NCBI GenBank assembly: GCA_934120015.1
Contig: CAKOTD010000001.1
Location: 64,836-128,835, forward strand
Direction of reading: 5' to 3'
Length of the DNA: 64,000 nt
From: an uncultured Bacilli bacterium
Lineage (GTDB): Bacteria; Bacillota_I; Bacilli_A; RF39; UBA660
The notes under the pieces are model-generated. The model did not search any database, was not told the DNA's origin, and worked only from the letters and a program-made list of their open reading frames with translations. Shown here in pieces: positions 52,768-62,517 of the stretch. The position numbers and the translations under genes were made by a program. How positions within the stretch are numbered: the stretch's first letter is position 1; each line of letters begins with the position of its first letter.

Positions 52768-54756
52768 TTATAGTTGTTTAATAATTCTTTCCTTTATTTG
52801 TTCATAATCAAAATTGCAATATTTTAAAGCATCATTTGAGGAAGCACTAACTCCAAATTTATCAATAGTAATAAGTTTATTCTCATCAGAAGCAATTGAA
52901 CCCCATCCGAACTTTGATCCCGCTTCTACAACAAATGTTTTAACATTCTTTGGTAAAAGCCCAAGTTTATAATCAGATGATTGCTCAAGATATTTTTCCA
53001 TACATGGCATACTAACAACTCTTATACTATATTGTTTAGTTTTCCATAAATCATTAGCAATATACACACATGTTTGAACTTCTGAACCAGTTGCTACTAA
53101 AATTGCATTAAAATTATTATTTGGCTGAAAAACAATATATGCTCCTCTATTAATTAAATCACTTCTGGTAGTAGGAAGTAACTCTGTATCTTTTCTTGAT
53201 AAAATCAAAGCCGATGGTTTATCCTTTGTATTTAGAATTATATCCCAACATCCAAGCAGTTCATTGGCATCACATGGTCTGTACACATTTAAATTAGGAA
53301 TTGCCCTAAGAGCAGATAATTGTTCAATGGGCTGATGGGTTGGTCCATCTTCACCAATATTAACAGAATCATGTGAGAAAATAAATATTGAAGGAATTTT
53401 TGAAATAGCAGCTAGTCTAATTGATGGTTTCATATAATCTGAAAAGCTTAGAAAAGTTGAACAAAAAGGAATAAACTTAACAAGTGCAAGCCCATTAACA
53501 ATAGCCCCCATAGCATGTTCTCTTACGCCAAAAGGAATGTTTTTGCCATTATAATTACCAGAATATATAAATAACTGACTATCAAGTATTGTCATAGTAG
53601 AATGTCCAACATCTGCACTACCTCCAACAAGGTTTGGAACTATATTGGAAATTTCATTTATAATATCATGATTAATTATTCTAGTAGATTGTCTACTATT
53701 TTTATCAAATTTCCAATTTCTATTAAGTATGTTATAATTTACCTTTTTATCAAAGAGATAGTTAAATTCACTATAATCACCATCTAAATAATTACTAACA
53801 TAATTCTCATATACTTTTGCCCAAGCAGTATATTTTGGACTACTATGATTAGCAATTTGTGCCATAAATTTATTTTTTATAGTATCAGATACATAGAACT
53901 TATCTTTAGGTAATCCATATTTTGCTTTAAAAGCAATAAGTTCACTATCTGATAAAACTTTCCCATGGGCAAGATTACTACCTTCACAACTTAACCCTTC
54001 ACCTAAGATAGTTTTAAATTCAATGATTGTTGGTTTTGAAGAGTTTTTTGCAGAACTAATAGCTTTATCAATTGCTTTAACATCATTACCTTTTTTTACT
54101 TCTATGGTATTCCATCCGGCAGCTTTAAATCTTTCAAGAACATTTTCAGAAAAAGTCTGATTTGTTTTTCCATCTAAACTCACACCATTGGAATCATATA
54201 GGACAATCAGATTATTTAATTTCATGGTTCCAGCAAAGGAAGCTGCTTCGTAACTGATTCCTTCCATTAAATCTCCATCACTGCATAATACATAAACTTT
54301 ATAATCAATAACATGGCTATCTAAACTTAGTGCATTCTTTCTTGGAATAATATATTTTGAATAAAGAATTTTGCTACCAAGTGCCATTCCTACAGCTGTA
54401 GCTAATCCTTGACCTAAAGGTCCAGTTGTCATATCAACACCTGGAGTTAAACCATATTCTGGATGACCAGGAGTAATTGAACCAAATTTCCTAAATTTCT
54501 TTAAATCATCTATTGATATCTTAAACCCGGCTAAGTGCAATACAGAATATAATAATGCTGATCCATGCCCAGCTGATAATATAAATCTATCCCTATTTAT
54601 CCAAGTTGGATCATTTAAGCTTATGTTTAAATGATTGGCAAACAAAGTATAAACTATTGGAGCAGAACTTAAAACAATTCCAGAATGTCCACTCTTTGCC
54701 TCATTTATCATGTCAAGTGCTAAAGATTTAATTCCAACAATAATGTCATTTTCCAT
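52768..54756 (-). CDS. tkt: Transketolase
   Basis: KSGHSG thiamine-diphosphate region, GDLMEG and GEDGPTHQPIEQL motifs. Size 662 aa. Confidence 0.95.
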   Translation of the reverse strand: MENDIIVGIKSLALDMINEAKSGHSGIVLSSAPIVYTLFANHLNISLNDPTWINRDRFILSAGHGSALLYSVLHLAGFKISIDDLKKFRKFGSITPGHPEYGLTPGVDMTTGPLGQGLATAVGMALGSKILYSKYIIPRKNALSLDSHVIDYKVYVLCSDGDLMEGISYEAASFAGTMKLNNLIVLYDSNGVSLDGKTNQTFSENVLERFKAAGWNTIEVKKGNDVKAIDKAISSAKNSSKPTIIEFKTILGEGLSCEGSNLAHGKVLSDSELIAFKAKYGLPKDKFYVSDTIKNKFMAQIANHSSPKYTAWAKVYENYVSNYLDGDYSEFNYLFDKKVNYNILNRNWKFDKNSRQSTRIINHDIINEISNIVPNLVGGSADVGHSTMTILDSQLFIYSGNYNGKNIPFGVREHAMGAIVNGLALVKFIPFCSTFLSFSDYMKPSIRLAAISKIPSIFIFSHDSVNIGEDGPTHQPIEQLSALRAIPNLNVYRPCDANELLGCWDIILNTKDKPSALILSRKDTELLPTTRSDLINRGAYIVFQPNNNFNAILVATGSEVQTCVYIANDLWKTKQYSIRVVSMPCMEKYLEQSSDYKLGLLPKNVKTFVVEAGSKFGWGSIASDENKLITIDKFGVSASSNDALKYCNFDYEQIKERIIKQL

Positions 54757-54816
54757 AAATTGCCACCTCTTCTATTCTCTTATTAGTATATCAAATTTAT
54801 GGAAATAAATAAATAT

Positions 54817-54951
54817 TTATTTATTATATATATAACTATTTTGTTCATCCATTTTAATTTCACTATTTATACTTATAGAATTTATATATAATATTCCAAA
54901 TATAAAAACTACAAATCCTAACATAACTTTATTTATTAATAATTCTTTCAT
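54817..54951 (-). CDS. 44-aa single-TM peptide under a LexA-box promoter
   Basis: I moved the start to ATG 54951 (MKELLINKVMLGFVVFIFGILYINSISINSEIKMDEQNSYIYNK), 7 nt after AGGAGG. The longer track ORF would run through its own promoter. Confidence 0.5.
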   Translation of the reverse strand: MKELLINKVMLGFVVFIFGILYINSISINSEIKMDEQNSYIYNK

Positions 54952-54975
54952 ATAACTTCCTCCTACTTCTAAAAT

Positions 54976-55004
54976 AATATTATCACAAACAATTGTTCGT
55001 GTCA
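54976..55004 (-). promoter_or_regulatory. Promoter with embedded LexA (Cheo-type) box for the 44-aa peptide gene
   Basis: On the minus strand TTGACA, a 17-nt spacer, then TAATAT. The spacer contains CGAACAATTGTTTG (54985-54998), one mismatch from CGAAC-N4-GTTCG. Confidence 0.6.
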
Positions 55005-55013
55005 ATACATTTA

Positions 55014-55053
55014 TCAAACAAATGTTTGACTTTACAAAAGTTATATGATATTA
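55014..55053 (+). promoter_or_regulatory. lexA promoter with overlapping LexA-like box
   Basis: TTGACT (55025-55030), a 17-nt spacer, then TATTAT (55048-55053). The palindromic CAAAC-AAAT-GTTTG (55014-55027) overlaps the -35 element. Confidence 0.55.
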
Positions 55054-55080
55054 TATCTTTAGTGAAAGTGAGGTAGTCTT

Positions 55081-55698
55081 ATGAAAGAATTAACTAAAAG
55101 ACAAACTGAAATTTTAAACTTTATTAAAGAATATATTGTTTCTCATGGTTATCCACCTACTGTTAGGGAGATAGGTAGTGCACTTGGAATTAGCTCTTCC
55201 GCTACTATTCATGCCCATTTAGTAAATATAGAAAACAAAGGGTTTATTAAAAGACAAGAGACCAAAAACAGAGCTATTGAATTGTTAGTAGATAATGAAT
55301 TTAAACCAAAAGAAGAAAACGTTGTTGATGTCCCATTGCTTGGTAAAATAACTGCTGGAAGTCCAATTGAAGCAATTGAAAAACCTGATGAGTACTTTTC
55401 ACTTCCTGCATATTTAATACCTAATAATAAAGAAGTTTTTACTTTATTAGTAAGTGGAACAAGTATGATAAATGCCGGTATTTTAGATGGTGATATAGTA
55501 ATTGTTGAAAGAAAAAATACAGCAAGAAATGGTGAAATTGTTGTTGCCATGACAGATGAAAATGAAGTAACTTTAAAAACTTTTTATAAGGAAAATGGAT
55601 ATTTTAGATTACAACCAGAAAATGACACTATGGATCCAATTATTTTACCAAATGTTCAAATTCTTGGCAAAGCAATTGGATTATATAGAAAATTATAA
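55081..55698 (+). CDS. lexA: LexA repressor
   Basis: N-terminal wHTH (GYPPTVREIGSALGISSSATIHAHL). Cleavage-site region and S24 peptidase domain (VSGTSMINAGI, VTLKTF). Confidence 0.95.
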   Translation: MKELTKRQTEILNFIKEYIVSHGYPPTVREIGSALGISSSATIHAHLVNIENKGFIKRQETKNRAIELLVDNEFKPKEENVVDVPLLGKITAGSPIEAIEKPDEYFSLPAYLIPNNKEVFTLLVSGTSMINAGILDGDIVIVERKNTARNGEIVVAMTDENEVTLKTFYKENGYFRLQPENDTMDPIILPNVQILGKAIGLYRKL

Positions 55699-55716
55699 TA
55701 AAAGAAAGTAAAACAA

Positions 55717-56358
55717 CTATAATAAAGTTTCACTTTCTTTTTTTTCATCCTTTAATTTATTTTCCCTTTGTTTTCTTGAAAACCTACATCCACAATAATC
55801 TTGCCTATATAAATTATATATATGTGATAATTCAATTGATCTTTTATAACCATTCTTTTTCTTAAAATCGGATGTTAAATATTTAACACCATATTCTTTT
55901 TCTAACTCTAAACCAATCTCATTTAACTTATTAGAATTCTTATAGGGACTTATTGATAAAGTTGTACAAAAGTAATCAAAATTATTTTTTAAAGCATATT
56001 TTACAGATTCCTCTAAACGAAGACGATAACACATAAAACATCTCTTACCACCTTCCACAACTTCTTCTAATCCTTTAGATTGTTTTTCAAAAATATCATT
56101 ATCATATTTTCCCCCAATAACAATTATACTTAAGTTCATCTCATTTATTAATCTTTTAAGTTCATCTAACCTTTTTAAAAATTCAGAATATGTATCAATG
56201 TTAGGATTATAATAAAGTATAGTTATATCAAAATATGAAGACAAATATTCTAAAACATAACTACTACATGGTGCACAACAACTATGTAATAATAATCTAG
56301 GCTTATGGTTTATATCTATTTTTTCTAATATTTTGTCAAGTTCTAGTTGATAATTCAT
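55717..56358 (-). CDS. queH: Epoxyqueuosine reductase QueH (DUF208)
   Basis: LLLHSCCAPCSSY and KRCFMCYRLR Cys motifs. Its start overlaps the rhomboid stop (TAATG). Confidence 0.85.
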   Translation of the reverse strand: MNYQLELDKILEKIDINHKPRLLLHSCCAPCSSYVLEYLSSYFDITILYYNPNIDTYSEFLKRLDELKRLINEMNLSIIVIGGKYDNDIFEKQSKGLEEVVEGGKRCFMCYRLRLEESVKYALKNNFDYFCTTLSISPYKNSNKLNEIGLELEKEYGVKYLTSDFKKKNGYKRSIELSHIYNLYRQDYCGCRFSRKQRENKLKDEKKESETLL

Positions 56359-57521
56359 TATTTAAAAAATCCCATATATATTAAAAACGCTGCATAAATA
56401 GTTGTCATAATTAATCCATTAATTCTATCAGTCTTAGTAGTTTTATACTTAATTCCACAAGCCATAGAAATAAGAATTCCTCCTACTAATCCACCTATAT
56501 GTGCGGCATTATTAATTCCTTCTGTTGAAAAACCTAAAATTAAATTTAATAAAATTATCGGAATAATTTGTGATTTTACAACAGCACCTAAATAAACTCT
56601 GTAATGATATCCAAAATATAGTAGTGAACCAAGTAAGCCAAAAATTGCACCACTAGCACCAGCACTAATACCATCGAAAAATAATAATGACATTAAATTA
56701 CCAAAAATTGCACTTCCTAAATAAATTATTATAAACTTCAATTTTCCAAAAAAGCCCTCAAGTTGTGACCCAATAACAAATATTGCATAATTATTTAATA
56801 AGAAATGTGTGAATCCAATATGTAAAAATGCACTACTTAATAGTCTATAATACTCTCCCATCTTAATATAAGCTGGATAACTTGCACCAAATCTAACTAA
56901 AGTGTAATTATCAGTACTACCTTTACCAAAAACATACATTGCTACAAATAAAATAGTATTCAAAATTATTATAGCATAAGTAACAAAAGGTATCTTTTTC
57001 TTAAATATGTCTTCTGCTCTTTTAGCATCTTCTCCACTTTTCTCATTAATATCTTCAGATAATTTAACAAACAAATCAAATCCATCTTCCTTAAATTCTG
57101 TATCTTCTACTATTTTAGGAAACTCGTCTATAACAAAACGATATTTGGATATATCATCAATATCTTTAACACCTATACAATCAATATTATCAAAATTATA
57201 GTTATCACCTTTTAACAAATTGACATTGTCTCCTAAATTTATGAAAATACTAAGAATTTTTATCTTAAGACAAAATGTTTTTTTCTTGATTTTTTTAGCA
57301 ATTTGTTTTGTTCTAAATAAATCATAATTAAGCTGTTCATCATTATGAATATAATTTGATACAATTCTAATTATCTTATAATCACTACTAAGATTTTCTA
57401 ACCATATTTCATTTTTTGCCCCATGTAATACTATAGGATTATAACCTTCTTCAGTTATAAAATAATGAAGTAATTTCATTACTAATTCATCTTGCTTATT
57501 AATGGTTAATGTTGTATTCAT
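56358..57521 (-). CDS. Rhomboid-family intramembrane serine protease with ~175-aa cytoplasmic N-domain (GluP-like)
   Basis: Catalytic Ser context GASGAIFGL, His context AHIGGLVGG, and HxxxN (HFLLNN). Confidence 0.85.
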   Translation of the reverse strand: MNTTLTINKQDELVMKLLHYFITEEGYNPIVLHGAKNEIWLENLSSDYKIIRIVSNYIHNDEQLNYDLFRTKQIAKKIKKKTFCLKIKILSIFINLGDNVNLLKGDNYNFDNIDCIGVKDIDDISKYRFVIDEFPKIVEDTEFKEDGFDLFVKLSEDINEKSGEDAKRAEDIFKKKIPFVTYAIIILNTILFVAMYVFGKGSTDNYTLVRFGASYPAYIKMGEYYRLLSSAFLHIGFTHFLLNNYAIFVIGSQLEGFFGKLKFIIIYLGSAIFGNLMSLLFFDGISAGASGAIFGLLGSLLYFGYHYRVYLGAVVKSQIIPIILLNLILGFSTEGINNAAHIGGLVGGILISMACGIKYKTTKTDRINGLIMTTIYAAFLIYMGFFK

Positions 57522-57533
57522 ATGTATTCCCCC

Positions 57534-58436
57534 TTACATTTCCTTAAAAACATTTATAATATCTATAAATTCTTGCGGTAATTTACTATCAAATTCCATA
57601 TATTTATTTGTTGTAGGATGATTAAAGCCTATGGTTTTAGCATGTAAACACTGACCAAAATCATTAATTATTTTTCTTTTACCATATACAGGATCATTGA
57701 CAACAGGATGCCCAATATAATTCATATGAACTCTTATTTGATGAGTTCTACCAGTTTCCAGTTTTAGTTCAATTAAAGTTGCTTCTTTATATCTTTCTAA
57801 AACTCTAAAATGCGTAATTGCATTTTTACTATTTATATTAGTAACTGCCATTTTTTTTCTATCTTTTTCATCCCTGCCAATAGGAGCATCAATTGTCCCT
57901 GTATCATGATCAATTACTCCCCATACTAAGGCAACATACTTACGAGTGGTTGTTTTATTTTCTAATTGTTTAGCAAGATTTTCATGTGCTTTATTATTTT
58001 TAGCCACCATTAAAAGTCCTGTAGTATATGCATCTATTCGATGAACAATTCCTGGTCTAAATTCACCATTTAAATTGCTTAAGTTCTTAGAGTGATATAA
58101 AAGAGCATTGACTAAAGTACCATTTCTATTCCCAACTGCTGGATGAACCACCATTCCATTAGGCTTATTAACTATTATTACATCCTCATCCTCATAAACA
58201 ATATCAAGAGGAATATTTTCAGGAATTATATCATCTATTTCTTCCTCTACTTCATTAATTGAAATAGTATCACCTAATTTAATGCTATAACTACTCTTTG
58301 TACTTTTATCGTTAACTAAAACACCATTATTTTTAATAAGTTCTTGAACTTTGCTTCTACTTATTTTTAATTCATTCATTAAAAATAAATCTAAACGCGT
58401 TAAGTTATGCATATCATCAATTACAATTGTTTTCAT
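57534..58436 (-). CDS. rluD: RluD-family 23S rRNA pseudouridine synthase
   Basis: N-terminal S4 domain. Catalytic Asp context HRIDAYTTGLLMVAKN. Confidence 0.9.
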   Translation of the reverse strand: MKTIVIDDMHNLTRLDLFLMNELKISRSKVQELIKNNGVLVNDKSTKSSYSIKLGDTISINEVEEEIDDIIPENIPLDIVYEDEDVIIVNKPNGMVVHPAVGNRNGTLVNALLYHSKNLSNLNGEFRPGIVHRIDAYTTGLLMVAKNNKAHENLAKQLENKTTTRKYVALVWGVIDHDTGTIDAPIGRDEKDRKKMAVTNINSKNAITHFRVLERYKEATLIELKLETGRTHQIRVHMNYIGHPVVNDPVYGKRKIINDFGQCLHAKTIGFNHPTTNKYMEFDSKLPQEFIDIINVFKEM

Positions 58437-58887
58437 TATCTTTCCCCCTAAATATACTTAATATGATTACTAAAATAATTGATATAACTATACATATATC
58501 AGCAAAATTAAAAATTGGAAAATTATAACCAAATATATTAAAATCTAAATAATCAATGACATATCCTCTTAATACTCTATCAATTAGATTTCCAACGATT
58601 CCCCCATATAGAACACCATATATAGTACTATTGATACCTTTATCTATATCTTTTTTTATTAAAAATAGGTATATAAATATAAGAGCAAATAAAGTTATTA
58701 AGATTAAAAATATTCTATTTCCGCTTAAAATACTAAAAGCAGCACCTTCATTTTGTACATACGTAAGTGAGAAAAAAGAAGGAATAATTTCATTACTTAT
58801 ATTTAAAATTAAGTTATTTAAAACTAACAACTTTAATAATTGATCTATAACTAAACATATAATACCAATAATTATAAATTTTTTCAT
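58417..58887 (-). CDS. lspA: Lipoprotein signal peptidase II
   Basis: I moved the start to MKKFIIIG. NEGAAFSIL and FNFADICI motifs. Confidence 0.9.
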   Translation of the reverse strand: MKKFIIIGIICLVIDQLLKLLVLNNLILNISNEIIPSFFSLTYVQNEGAAFSILSGNRIFLILITLFALIFIYLFLIKKDIDKGINSTIYGVLYGGIVGNLIDRVLRGYVIDYLDFNIFGYNFPIFNFADICIVISIILVIILSIFRGKDNENNCN

Positions 58888-59024
58888 AAATTCACCACTA
58901 TATAATTGTATCAAAATAATTATTCAATTTCAATACATGAACAATCTTTACATTTAGATTAAAATTTAAAGTCTTATACTTCATTACTTTTCCCCATAAA
59001 GTAATTGCTATTTTATCCTAGTAT

Positions 59025-59053
59025 ACAAAAAATAGATATATAATATATCTATT
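59025..59053 (-). terminator. Terminator after the FMN-binding lipoprotein gene
   Basis: AATAGATA...TATCTATT stem overlaps the TAG stop. On the minus strand it is followed by TTTTGT. Confidence 0.55.
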
Positions 59054-59519
59054 TAGCTTGCTTTAAAGCATTATCAACTGCTTCAATCATAGTATCAGCA
59101 CTTATTGTAACACCACTTACTGAATCAAGTTTTGTTTTGTCATCTTCTGACCATTTAACCCAATTAATACCTTGCTCATCAACAATTTTCTTTTCAAGGC
59201 TTCCAACTTGTTCATACCATTCAGCACCACCTGGAATTACACCAATGTTAGCAGATGTCTCTTTCATACCATAATCATTACCTAAAGCTTTTTTAGTAGT
59301 AATTTTTCCATCTTTTACATAGGTTGAATCAATAAATACTGATTTTATATTACCGTTTTCATCTACATATACAGTTGCACTAGTAGTAAGAACATTCCCA
59401 TAAGACTCTTCATTTACGTATCCGTAATATGTTCCCTCTTTATAATCTCCTTTTTGAACGACTTTTTCACAACCAGTTAAAACTAATAATAATGCTAAAC
59501 TTAATAATATTTTCTTCAT
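59049..59519 (-). CDS. FMN-binding-domain lipoprotein (predicted ApbE flavinylation substrate)
   Basis: I moved the start to MKKILLSLALLLVLTGC (lipobox LTGC) after GAGGAGG. The C-terminal DSVSGVTIS fits the D-x-x-(S/T)-G-A-(S/T) flavinylation motif, with V in place of A. Confidence 0.75.
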   Translation of the reverse strand: MKKILLSLALLLVLTGCEKVVQKGDYKEGTYYGYVNEESYGNVLTTSATVYVDENGNIKSVFIDSTYVKDGKITTKKALGNDYGMKETSANIGVIPGGAEWYEQVGSLEKKIVDEQGINWVKWSEDDKTKLDSVSGVTISADTMIEAVDNALKQAK

Positions 59520-59559
59520 ATATCCTCCTCTATCATACATATATTATATATAAATTTTA

Positions 59560-60066
59560 CTACTTTTTCAACATTTTTTCTAAATGTACTATTATTTCCT
59601 TACCAATTACACCTATTAATATACCAGTTGGTATCGAAAATAATAAAAGCCAAGGTAAATAATAAATTAGATTTATATTTTTTAGAATAGTAATTGCCAT
59701 AATAATTTGACCAATACTATGAAAAAAAGCCCCTATGATACTTACTCCAATCATAGACAGATTTGTATACCTTTTTACCAAATACATCATCAAGATACTT
59801 AAAGTTGCACCACCCAAACTAAAGAAAAAACTTATACTAAATAAACCTGTTCTAAGTATTCCAACTAAGAACACTCTAAGAATTGAAACAATAAATGCAT
59901 CTTTAAATGAATAAGTATACAATACTAAAATAATTATTATATTAGTAAGTCCAAGTTTAATTCCAGGAACAAATGATACAAAAATAGGAATGAAAGATTC
60001 TATAATATTTAAAACTACCGCAAGAGATAGAAACATTGCAATATTAATGCTTTTCCTTAATTCCAT
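59560..60066 (-). CDS. Gx transporter family protein (Hpre_diP_synt_I-like)
   Basis: 168-aa polytopic protein. NIIESFIPIFVSFVPGIKLGLTNIIIILVLY and SLGGATLSILMM match this family as I recall it. Confidence 0.75.
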   Translation of the reverse strand: MELRKSINIAMFLSLAVVLNIIESFIPIFVSFVPGIKLGLTNIIIILVLYTYSFKDAFIVSILRVFLVGILRTGLFSISFFFSLGGATLSILMMYLVKRYTNLSMIGVSIIGAFFHSIGQIIMAITILKNINLIYYLPWLLLFSIPTGILIGVIGKEIIVHLEKMLKK

Positions 60067-60069
60067 ATA

Positions 60070-60429
60070 TTATCCAACAACTGTATCATATTCATTCCTA
60101 CTTTCAATTTTAATCATTATTTTATTAGGTAAACATACTATAGTCTCATAGCTTTCAGAAATAAATCCTTGTTTTGAACAAATATGTCTTGGACTATTTT
60201 CCTCATCTACTTTAATTTTACCATCTTTAACTATCACTTTAACATTTCCATTGTAACCAGCAATATTGTAAATATTATCCTTTTTCATATTAATTTGCAT
60301 TAATTCTTTATTATCATAATAAACAATTGCCACTAAATTATTATTATTTTTAAATAACGAAAACATAAATAAAGAACAGATAATAATCACTATAGATACA
60401 AATATAAGGCATAAATCACTTTTATTCAT
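60070..60429 (-). CDS. NusG domain II-containing protein (DUF1312), membrane-anchored
   Basis: I moved the start to MNKSD. It has an N-terminal TM segment and then VKDGKIKVDEENSPRHICSKQGFISESYETIVCLPNKIMIKIE, typical of NusG_II. Confidence 0.75.
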   Translation of the reverse strand: MNKSDLCLIFVSIVIIICSLFMFSLFKNNNNLVAIVYYDNKELMQINMKKDNIYNIAGYNGNVKVIVKDGKIKVDEENSPRHICSKQGFISESYETIVCLPNKIMIKIESRNEYDTVVG

Positions 60430-61411
60430 ATTTACTAACTCCATTAGTTGTAATAATTTCATCATTATTTGAAACCCATATAACTTCTACACCATCAATA
60501 TTATCTACATATTTCATTCCATCCTCGATACTCATCAAGAACAAAGTTGTAGATAATGCATCTGCCATAGCACTATTTTTAGTTATAACAGTCACACTCT
60601 TCATATATTCACTTGGATAACCTGTATTAGGGTTTATAATATGACTATATTTTTTACCATTATATTCATAAAATCTCTGATAAGAGCCACTAGTAACAAC
60701 ACTTATATTATTTGAATTTATAATCTTATAAATTTTAGATGTATCATTTGGATTTTCAATACCAATCTTATATTTACCATTATTATAATGATTACCAACT
60801 TTTACATTACCACCGGCATTTATAATATACTTGTCATAACCATTTTCTTCTAAAAAATTACCAACTATTTCCGTTACATATCCTTTAGCAATTGCTCCTA
60901 AATCAATATTAGGATTGTTATTTAAAATTTGATTGTTATCAAGTAAAACAATTTTTCTAATATCTATATCCTGTTTTAATTCATCAGCTGTTGGTAACCC
61001 ATAGCCTAAATCACGATATTTTTTCCAAATATCCAAGATATTACCCATATTAATATTTAATAGCTCATTACTTTTTTCATACCAAGATAATCCATAGCTT
61101 AATAAATCATATAACCTTTTATCTATTTTTATTGTATCTACTTCATCAATACAATTATTTATATAATATATATTATTCACACCAGCAACTGGGTTATATT
61201 TATCAGTAAGGTTATGATAATCTTTATAAATATTATCTATTTGATCAAATACTTTTTGGGGATTTTTATTAGTGTATATAGTCACATTTATATATGTATC
61301 CATATAAAATAAATTATAGTTATATTTTTTAATCTTATTTTTTTCAAACAAAAAGAAACAGACTAAAGAAATCATAGATACTATAATTATATATATTATG
61401 CTTTTTTTCAT
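60422..61411 (-). CDS. apbE: FAD:protein FMN transferase ApbE
   Basis: N-terminal anchor. DLGAIAKGY and TSGSYQRFYEYNGKKYSHIINPNTGYP motifs. Confidence 0.9.
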   Translation of the reverse strand: MKKSIIYIIIVSMISLVCFFLFEKNKIKKYNYNLFYMDTYINVTIYTNKNPQKVFDQIDNIYKDYHNLTDKYNPVAGVNNIYYINNCIDEVDTIKIDKRLYDLLSYGLSWYEKSNELLNINMGNILDIWKKYRDLGYGLPTADELKQDIDIRKIVLLDNNQILNNNPNIDLGAIAKGYVTEIVGNFLEENGYDKYIINAGGNVKVGNHYNNGKYKIGIENPNDTSKIYKIINSNNISVVTSGSYQRFYEYNGKKYSHIINPNTGYPSEYMKSVTVITKNSAMADALSTTLFLMSIEDGMKYVDNIDGVEVIWVSNNDEIITTNGVSKYE

Positions 61412-61452
61412 TATACCACCATATAAAGTATAACAAAAAAAGTAGATAAAAT

Positions 61453-62469
61453 CTACTTTATACAGGAAGTTTCCTTCAAAAGGTCTTCATATATTTTTTT
61501 TAGCTCAGCACCTATATTCTTAATATCTCTTTCTTTAGCAACCTTGTAACCTTCTTCTGTAAGATCAGGAAGTTTCTTTTCTAGTATACCTTTCATTTTT
61601 TCTTCAAATGTTTCAATATCGTGTGCCTTATACACATTTACACCATCAATAAACCAACCTTCATATATTGGAATATCACGAATTAAAACAGGTATCTTTG
61701 CTGCAAGAGCTTCAAGAAGAACAATTCCCTCTGTTTCTTCAAGGGTCGGAAATAAAAATAAATCTGCTCCACAATAGGCCTTAATAAGTTCTTCTCTTGG
61801 AACATATCCGGCAAAGAAAAGATTAGGAAGTTCTGTAGCTACTGCCTTTCTAATTTTTGGTGGAACTAAGTTTAAATTAGTATATCCAAACCAAACAAAT
61901 TTATATTCTGGATTTCTTCGTGCAAGCTCAACAAAATCAAGAATTCCCTTTCTTTCAAAATAAAGGCCTACTGATATAACAATTTTATCAGCATCAGTAA
62001 AACCATATTTCTCTCTAAACTCTTTTCCCTTTTGTACATCCTTTTTAAAGAAATCAAGCTCAATACCATTAGATACGGCATATATTGGCTTATTTAAAGG
62101 ATAATTTTCTAACAGCTTTTTAGAATATGGAGTTGGTGTTACTATAACATCTGCAATTCCATAACAAGCTTTAAGCCAAGTCTTAAATAGAGGAGCAAGT
62201 TGATTAGAAAATGTAAATGAATTTCTAAAATCTTCCTCTGTTGAATGAGCATGATAAACTATTTTTTTACCATGTTTTTTTGCTTTCTTTGCCATGGACA
62301 AAGATTCTGGGAATATTGTATTAATATGAATAATATCAAAATCGTCATCGGGATTTGTTGTATATTCTACACCATTTAATTCCAATGCTTTCATTTGATG
62401 AATAATAGCTCTACCGACACCACTTTTTTCGATAGAATCCATCTTATCAGAATGTAATAAAACTTTCAC
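61453..62469 (-). CDS. GT4-family glycosyltransferase (glycolipid synthase-like)
   Basis: GTG start after AGGTGA. E-x7-E region FPTLEETEGIVLLEALA. Size 338 aa. Confidence 0.8.
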   Translation of the reverse strand: MKVLLHSDKMDSIEKSGVGRAIIHQMKALELNGVEYTTNPDDDFDIIHINTIFPESLSMAKKAKKHGKKIVYHAHSTEEDFRNSFTFSNQLAPLFKTWLKACYGIADVIVTPTPYSKKLLENYPLNKPIYAVSNGIELDFFKKDVQKGKEFREKYGFTDADKIVISVGLYFERKGILDFVELARRNPEYKFVWFGYTNLNLVPPKIRKAVATELPNLFFAGYVPREELIKAYCGADLFLFPTLEETEGIVLLEALAAKIPVLIRDIPIYEGWFIDGVNVYKAHDIETFEEKMKGILEKKLPDLTEEGYKVAKERDIKNIGAELKKIYEDLLKETSCIK

Positions 62470-62517
62470 CTTAAATCACCTATTAAGAGTATAACACATT
62501 TTATGTAATTTGTTAAT

